From an uncultured Planctomycetaceae bacterium (lineage in GTDB: Bacteria > Planctomycetota > Planctomycetia > Isosphaerales > Isosphaeraceae), in NCBI GenBank assembly GCA_963833985.1, contig CAWIAD010000002.1, forward strand, positions 6,144,001-6,208,000: a stretch of 64,000 nucleotides of DNA. The letters are read 5' to 3'. Shown in pieces: positions 58,901-64,000 of this stretch (its first letter is position 1; each line of letters begins with the position of its first letter). The notes below the pieces were generated by a model. The model saw only the letters and a program-made list of their open reading frames with translations. It was not told the DNA's origin and did no database searches. Both the position numbers and the translations under genes were made by a program.

Positions 58901-59666
58901 GGTTCGCGACTCCGAAGTGGAGAACCATGTTCTGAGTCATATCCGTAGCGGGCGCGGGTGCCTGCGGCACGGTGAAGGTCGGGAAGGTCAAGTTGGTCGG
59001 CAAGCTTCCTGTCGTATAGGCCAGCGGAGCCGATACGGCCCCATTGTTCAGCACGTCTCTCATCAGGTAGGTCGTGTTGGGCAGCATGCCGGCGACCAGG
59101 AAGTTCGTGCTCTTTCCCGACACCACGGGCAGCTGTGTTGTATCCGTCCAGCTCGGGGTGGGGCTGAGCGGACTGAACTGGACGTACATCGAGGTGCCGG
59201 ATGACGGCGGGGCGCTGTACAGCGCGACTAAAGGGTTGGCCGTCGGGCTGATGACGGCACTGCTTCCGACCACCCGGGTCTGTGCGGTGTAAGACGCACT
59301 CGTAGAGTCAACGGTCGTCGAGCTGTAGCTATTTTTGACCACCACCTGAACGGAATAGGTCCCTTCCAGCAAGGGGTCCCAGTTGAAGGTGTTGCTGGAG
59401 CTGAAGTCCTGGACCATCTGGGACGAACCATTCGGCGATGTGACATTAAACTGATAAACAGGAGTTGTCCCGTCGCCACTCGCCGTCGCCGTCCACACGA
59501 CAGGCGATCCCACCAGGGGAACCGATGGTCCGCCGGACGACAGCGTGACGGACAGAAGGCAGCGCTCTTCCAGAAGACTGCACCGCGGTCGATACATCCG
59601 GCGCCGGCGAACCTGTGTGTACCTGGTCTCGGTGAGTCTGCGCGGAAAAGTCGAGAGCTGCCACAT
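55953..59666 (-). CDS. Secreted aryl-sulfate sulfotransferase with four C-terminal beta-sandwich (DUF642/CBM-like) repeats
   Basis: LLEERCLLS motif; NHE, WLHANS, SLRAQD, SHQHD, FDDGN, YRSY; four 159-aa repeats. Confidence 0.85.
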   Translation of the reverse strand: MWQLSTFPRRLTETRYTQVRRRRMYRPRCSLLEERCLLSVTLSSGGPSVPLVGSPVVWTATASGDGTTPVYQFNVTSPNGSSQMVQDFSSSNTFNWDPLLEGTYSVQVVVKNSYSSTTVDSTSASYTAQTRVVGSSAVISPTANPLVALYSAPPSSGTSMYVQFSPLSPTPSWTDTTQLPVVSGKSTNFLVAGMLPNTTYLMRDVLNNGAVSAPLAYTTGSLPTNLTFPTFTVPQAPAPATDMTQNMVLHFGVANPPNITETLATDLQGNINWYYDSVGNNFYSYGTSLVPGGTMLLLGGTFSGAGSTDTLREIDLGGNEVRQTDIYAVNAELAAMGQPSIMSFNHEAVRLPNGDTAVLALTQKIINVNGTPTTYNGDMVLVLNQNFQVSWAWNPFDWLSTSRLPTNGEGPGDWLHANSISYSPEDGNLLVSLRAQDWVIKIDYANGTGDGHVVWRLGQGGDFTINSSDPSPWFSHQHDVTYVDNSTILVFDDGNTRRLTNPNADSRGQELVLNEQTMTATLVVNADLGNYSSALGAAQLLPNGNLDFTSGDQASSSGTIGQTIEVLPNGTKTYVQQMTGPEYRSYLMSSLYGSSMTIAGSPADILNAGFEDPILGTGASAYQYDPTGTAWSFTGEAGVAGNGSGFTAGNPNAPQGTQVAFLQETGTMTQTVDFTVAGTYQLSFSAAQRANYGSSKEKVQVLIDGTVVDAFTPASTRYNSYTTAAFTVTAGSHTITFAGVDPSGSDYTALLDQLSISNAPPTGFSDSGFETPTQGTGTSAYHYDPTGTAWSFTGGAGVAGNGSGFTAGNPNAPQGTQVAFLQETGTMTQTVDFAAAGSYQVNFSAAQRANYGTSNESLQVLVDGNTVGTFTPASTSYTMLTTVAFTVTAGNHTISFIGVDPSGSDYTALLDQLSVSNAPPAGISDSGFETPVLGTGTSAYQFDPTGTAWSFTGGAGVAGNGSTFTSGNPNAPQGSQVAFLQGAGSISQTVNFATPGSYLISLAAAQRANHGTSLEEVHVLVDGKLLDTFVPAGTSYGTYTTTAFNVTAGNHTITLIGVAPTGDDYTALLDQVSLYSVSPAGFTDPSFENPSLGSGKLAYQYDPTGTAWSYSGTAGLAGNSSSFTAGNPNAPQGTQVAFLQQTGSISQSVNFAATGSYQISFSAAQRANYGTSNEQVQVLVDGTVVSTITPASTNYSIYTTAAFNVTAGSHTITFAGIDPSGSDYSAFIDASVILQVG
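55956..57850 (-). repeat. Four tandem intragenic repeats, 477-nt period
   Basis: CTCCATGCCGTGCCCGTGGGATC at 56341, 56818, 57295 and 57772. Confidence 0.92.
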
Positions 59667-60044
59667 CGGATGAATTCCTCAAAAGGTGATAGCAAGATGG
59701 GCGAGGAAACGTGTCGGAAAAGCCAATCCTTCTGGGAAGGTCCGTCTCCATCCGGAGGTGACCCTGGTGAAGACCGAACGCTAGCATCCCAACTTCTCGA
59801 GAGCAAGTATTGTTTCGAGAAATCTTCACCAAAAAGATTGTTAGGATTAGGCAATCCTTGCTTCATCAGTTCATGAATGGACGAATGCCAGGCGCCTCGA
59901 ACTGCACGCAGCTCGCGACGAGGTGCTCTCTTACAGCAACGAAAGAGGACGAACGTGCTTTGTTTGGAGCGTCCACCCCTCTGGAGAGACTCGTTTGGCG
60001 GCGAGTTAGCTCCTTGTAAGTGATTTTAGCCCAGTGGCATGGTC

Positions 60045-63000
60045 TCATCCGACCTGGAGGATGACGGACGCGTCGATGAAGGCGCTGTAGTCCTTACCAC
60101 TGGGATCGACGCCGGCGAAGGTGATGGTGTGGCTGCCGGCCGTGACGTTGAAGGCGGCAGTGGTGTAGATTGAGTAGTTGGTGCTGGCGGGGGTGATGGT
60201 GCTCACGACTGTGCCGTCCACCAGCACCTGCACTTGCTCATTACTGGTGCCGTAATTGGCGCGCTGGGCGGCGCTGAAGCTGATCTGGTACGAGCCGGTC
60301 GATGCGAAATTGACGGACTGGCTGATGGAACCAGTTTCCTGGATGAAGGCGACCTGGGTGCCCTGCGGTGCGTTGGGATTGCCCGCGGTGAAACTGCTGC
60401 CGTTGCCCGCCACGCCGGCCCCGCCGTAGTAGCTCCATGCCGTGCCCGTGGGATCATACTGGTAGGCCGACGTGCCCGACCCCAGGCTCGGGTTCTCGAA
60501 GCTGGGGTCAGTAAACCCGGCCGGGGCGACGTTGTTGATGTTGATCTGGTCGAGGAAGGCGGTGTAGTCGGCCCCGGTAGGAGCGCCGCCGGCAAAGGTG
60601 ATGGTGTGGTTGCCGGCCGTGACGTTGAAGGGGACCGTGATGTAGGTCGAATAGCTGGTGCTGGCGGGAGTGAAGGTGCTCAGTGGCGTGCCGTCCACCA
60701 GAACCTGGACTGATTCGTTGCTGGTGCCATAGTTGGCCCGCTGAGCGGCGCTGAGACTGATCAGGTAAGAGCCGGCCGTCGCGAAGTTCACCGTCTGGCT
60801 GATGGAGCCGGTCTGCTGGATAAACGCCACCTGGGTGCCTTGCGGGGCGTTGGGGTTGCCACTGGTGAAAGCGCTGCCGTTGCCTGCCACGCCGGCCTGA
60901 TTGGTGAAGGTCCATGCTGTACCCGCGGGATCGTAGCGATACGCTGAGCTGCCGGTCCCCACGCTAGGGCTTTCCAGGCCGGCATCGCCGAAAGCTGCCG
61001 AGGGAGTGGTGACCCCGGTCGCAGCGACGTTATTGACATTGACCTGGTCGACGAAGGCGGTGTAGTCCTTGCCACTGGGGTCAACGCCGACGAGGGTGAT
61101 GGTGTGGTTGCCGGCCGAGGCCGTGAACGGAGAGGTCGTGTAGGTGGAGTACGTGGAGTACGTGGTGCCGGCCGGTGTGATGGTAGCCACGACCGAGCCG
61201 TCGACCTCGACCTGGATTTCCTCATTGCTGGTTCCGTAGTTGGCCCTCTGGGCGGCACCGAGGCTGATCTGGTAGGTCCCGGCCACCGTGAAATCGACAG
61301 TCTGGGTCGTCGTGCCTGTTTCCTGGAGGAAGGCGACCTGTGTGCCTTGCGGGGCATTGGGGTTGCCACTGGTGAAGGCACTGCCGTTGCCCGCCACGCC
61401 GGCCGTACCGCTGTAGCTCCATGCAGTGCCCGTAGGATCATACTGGTAGGCCGTGCCGCCCGTCCCCAGAATCGGGTCTTCGAAGCCCTGGTTCAGCACG
61501 CTGGCTGGTGTGCCGTAGAGATTATTCATAAAGTACGAACGATATTCCGGGCCGGCCCCGTTCATCTGTTGCACGTAAGTGATCGTTCCGTTCGGAAGTA
61601 CCTCGATGGACTGCCCGTAAAAGTTAGGTTGTCCGAGATACCCGGAATTGAAGTCGAGACTGCCATTGGGGAGCAACTGCGCAGACCCCAGCGCGAGGGA
61701 ATAGTTCCCCAGGTCAGCGTTGACCACCAGCGTGGCCGTCATGGCTTGCTCGTCAAGGACCCATTCCTGGCCCCGACTATCCGCGTTGGGGTCGGTGAGG
61801 CGGCGGGTGTTCCCATCGTCAAAAACCAGTATCGTGGAGTTGTCGACATAGGTCACGTCGTGCTGGTGGGTGAACCAGGGGTAGGTCACGCCCGGAGGAG
61901 CGATGGCGGTGAAATTGCCGCCAGCTCCCAGCGTCCACACGATGTGACCGTCACCGCTGCCGTTGGCATAATTGAGCTTGAGTACCCAGTCCTGTGCACG
62001 CAAGGAAACGATCAGGTCCCCGTCCGCGGGCGACCAGGCAACGGAGTTCGCGTGCAGAAAGTCGCTTGGCCCCTCGCCGTCGGTGCCCAGGCGGCTCGTC
62101 GAGAGATAGTTGAAGGCGTTCCAGGCCCACGACACCTGGAAGTTCTGGTTCAGGACGAGGATCATGTTGCCGTTGTAAGTGGTCGGGACACCGTTGACGT
62201 TGATAACCTTCTGTGTGAGGGCGATGACAGCCGTGTCCCCGTTGGGCAGGCGCTCTGCGTCGTGGTCGAAGTCGATGATGGGGCTCTGCCCCATCGCGGC
62301 GAGCTGGGCGTTGACGGTGTAGATATCCGTCTGGCGTACCACGTTACCGCCCAGGTCGATCTCGCGCAGGGTGTCTCCCCCCGCGAAGTTCGAGAGATTA
62401 CCGCCGACCAACAGCAGCGTGCCGCCCGGCACAATGGTTGTACCGATTGCGGGGAAGTTCGCAGCCACTGTGTCATAGTACCAGTTGATATTGCCCGCCA
62501 GGTCCGTCGTCAGGACCTGCATGGTTGTCGTCGGCCCGATCCCCTCGTGAAGGATCATGCTCTGTGTGAGATCCGTTCCAGGACCGGGAGATTGCGGCAC
62601 GGTGAAGGTGGGGAAACTCAAGTTCGACGGCAAGCTTCCGGTCGTGTAGGCCAGCGGAGCCGATACGGTGCCGTCGTTCAGCACATCTCTCATCAGGTAG
62701 GTCGTGTTGGGCAGCATGCCGGCGACCAGGAAGTTCGTGCTCTTTCCCGACACCACGGGCAGCTGAGATGTATCCGTCCAGCTCGGGGTGGGGCTGAGCG
62801 GACTGAACTGGACGTACATCGAGGAGCCGGATGACGGCGGGGCGCTGTACAGCGCGACTAAGGGGTTGGCCGTCGGGCTGATGACGGCACTGCTTCCGAC
62901 CACCCGAGTCTGTGCGGTGTAGGAAGCGGTCTTGGAGTCAACGCTCGTCGAGCTGTAGCTATTTTTGACCACCACCTGAACGGAATAGGTCCCTTCCAGC

Positions 63001-63296
63001 AAGGGATCCCAGTTGAAGGTGTTGCTGGAGCTGAAGTCCTGGACCATCTGGGACGAACCATTCGGCGATGTGACATTAAACTGATAAACAGGAGTTGTCC
63101 CGTCGCCACTCGCCGTGGCCGTCCACACGACAGGTGATCCCACCAGGGGAACCGATGGTCCGCCGGACGACAGCGTGACGGACAGAAGGCAGCGCTCTTC
63201 CAGAAGACTGCACCGCGGTCGATACACCCGGCGCCGGCGAACAGGAGTTTGTTTGTTCCTAGCGTGTTTGCGATGAGTGAACAGATGGTGCAGCAT
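60045..63296 (-). CDS. Secreted aryl-sulfate sulfotransferase paralog with three C-terminal repeats
   Basis: Same architecture: DHD, FLHANS, SLRAQD, THQHD, FDDGN, YRSY; repeat anchors at 60433, 60910, 61417; start likely ATG 63296. Confidence 0.85.
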   Translation of the reverse strand: MLHHLFTHRKHARNKQTPVRRRRVYRPRCSLLEERCLLSVTLSSGGPSVPLVGSPVVWTATASGDGTTPVYQFNVTSPNGSSQMVQDFSSSNTFNWDPLLEGTYSVQVVVKNSYSSTSVDSKTASYTAQTRVVGSSAVISPTANPLVALYSAPPSSGSSMYVQFSPLSPTPSWTDTSQLPVVSGKSTNFLVAGMLPNTTYLMRDVLNDGTVSAPLAYTTGSLPSNLSFPTFTVPQSPGPGTDLTQSMILHEGIGPTTTMQVLTTDLAGNINWYYDTVAANFPAIGTTIVPGGTLLLVGGNLSNFAGGDTLREIDLGGNVVRQTDIYTVNAQLAAMGQSPIIDFDHDAERLPNGDTAVIALTQKVINVNGVPTTYNGNMILVLNQNFQVSWAWNAFNYLSTSRLGTDGEGPSDFLHANSVAWSPADGDLIVSLRAQDWVLKLNYANGSGDGHIVWTLGAGGNFTAIAPPGVTYPWFTHQHDVTYVDNSTILVFDDGNTRRLTDPNADSRGQEWVLDEQAMTATLVVNADLGNYSLALGSAQLLPNGSLDFNSGYLGQPNFYGQSIEVLPNGTITYVQQMNGAGPEYRSYFMNNLYGTPASVLNQGFEDPILGTGGTAYQYDPTGTAWSYSGTAGVAGNGSAFTSGNPNAPQGTQVAFLQETGTTTQTVDFTVAGTYQISLGAAQRANYGTSNEEIQVEVDGSVVATITPAGTTYSTYSTYTTSPFTASAGNHTITLVGVDPSGKDYTAFVDQVNVNNVAATGVTTPSAAFGDAGLESPSVGTGSSAYRYDPAGTAWTFTNQAGVAGNGSAFTSGNPNAPQGTQVAFIQQTGSISQTVNFATAGSYLISLSAAQRANYGTSNESVQVLVDGTPLSTFTPASTSYSTYITVPFNVTAGNHTITFAGGAPTGADYTAFLDQININNVAPAGFTDPSFENPSLGSGTSAYQYDPTGTAWSYYGGAGVAGNGSSFTAGNPNAPQGTQVAFIQETGSISQSVNFASTGSYQISFSAAQRANYGTSNEQVQVLVDGTVVSTITPASTNYSIYTTAAFNVTAGSHTITFAGVDPSGKDYSAFIDASVILQVG

Positions 63297-63797
63297 TGTG
63301 GATGATGTCCCGTAGAGAAATGAAGGCAAGTTGAACGGGGGACAGTGCCGAGGGACCACGCAACGTCCGGCGCCGAAATCGCGGCCCCCCCTATGGGGGT
63401 TGGACGCTAACACCGGGCTGAGGCCTTTGCAATGAGGCTGTTTGCGCGGAAGCCTCAGGGCGCGGTCATGAGGAGGTGGCGATTGTCTCTGGACGCGGCA
63501 TTGCCCATGTTCAAGTTCGCTCTATCATGATCGGCCTGCGGGAGCGGAACGCAATGTGATGATAGGCTGGAAACGCTCGATCTTTATCTGCAAATCATTA
63601 TGGGATAACATTTTCGGCGTAGCGGTCTGAGATAAGCGTTCTTGCGTATGAAGCTCTGAGCCGGTGTCTTTACACGCTGGACGCCGCGTGCGATACCATG
63701 GCGATATCTGTATGAGTTAGTAAATGAACGGTTCTTCATGTTGTTGAAAAAATAGAACACATGAGTCCGCATCGGGTCAATCCAATCATTTCGGCGT

Positions 63798-64000
63798 TCA
63801 CCCACGCACCATGGCTGAAAGCACGCGGTCCAGGGGGATGGTGGCGAAGCTGCTTGCGTAGTCGGACATGGCGTAGGGGATGATCAGCTCGCCGTTGTGG
63901 ATGACTCCTCCGCAGCTATAGACCACGTTGGGTACGTAGCCCTCGCGCTCGTTGGCATTGGGTTCGAGGAGGGGTTCCTCGAGGCGGCCGATGATCCGAG
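63798..64000 (-). CDS. GH130-family glycosidase, C-terminal end (gene starts beyond the window)
   Basis: Manual translation RIIGRLEEPLLEPNANEREGYVPNVVYSCGGVIHNGELIIPYAMSDYASSFATIPLDRVLSAMVRG*. Confidence 0.85.
   Translation of the reverse strand, partial: RIIGRLEEPLLEPNANEREGYVPNVVYSCGGVIHNGELIIPYAMSDYASSFATIPLDRVLSAMVRG

Noticed and set aside
55953..63296. Repeats as a CRISPR array or a DGR template/variable repeat pair
   Set aside because: Units are long, in frame and protein coding with no spacers; differences are not adenine-specific and no reverse transcriptase is in the window

Overview
GC-rich bacterial DNA, most likely a planctomycete of the Isosphaeraceae/Gemmatales type. This is inferred from a DUF1559 prepilin-like protein, an ECF sigma factor fused to WD40 repeats, and three secreted proteins with the planctomycete 'LExRxLLS' N-terminal motif. 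The window is mostly a densely packed mix of glycosylation genes, a two-component system, three ECF sigma factors, Bat-type vWA genes, purE/purK, a DEAD-box helicase and carbohydrate enzymes. It also holds one complete IS1634-family element (17012-19140, CTAG target duplication) that clips the last 12 codons of a TPR/HExxH gene. The most interesting item is missing from the ORF track: a 68-codon membrane-anchored microprotein (12975-13181). It has an in-frame UGA in a U-x4-C motif followed by a SECIS-like hairpin and is transcribed divergently from an ArsR regulator with a C-terminal CxxxC motif, so it is a candidate selenoprotein redox/metalloid-response module. Also notable is a tandem pair of large secreted aryl-sulfate sulfotransferases with 4 and 3 C-terminal lectin-like repeats and mosaic identity, flanked by GH130 genes. 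Five small indels split four otherwise intact genes, which suggests assembly errors. All calls come from reading motifs; no searches were run. No rRNA, tRNA or CRISPR array was recognised.
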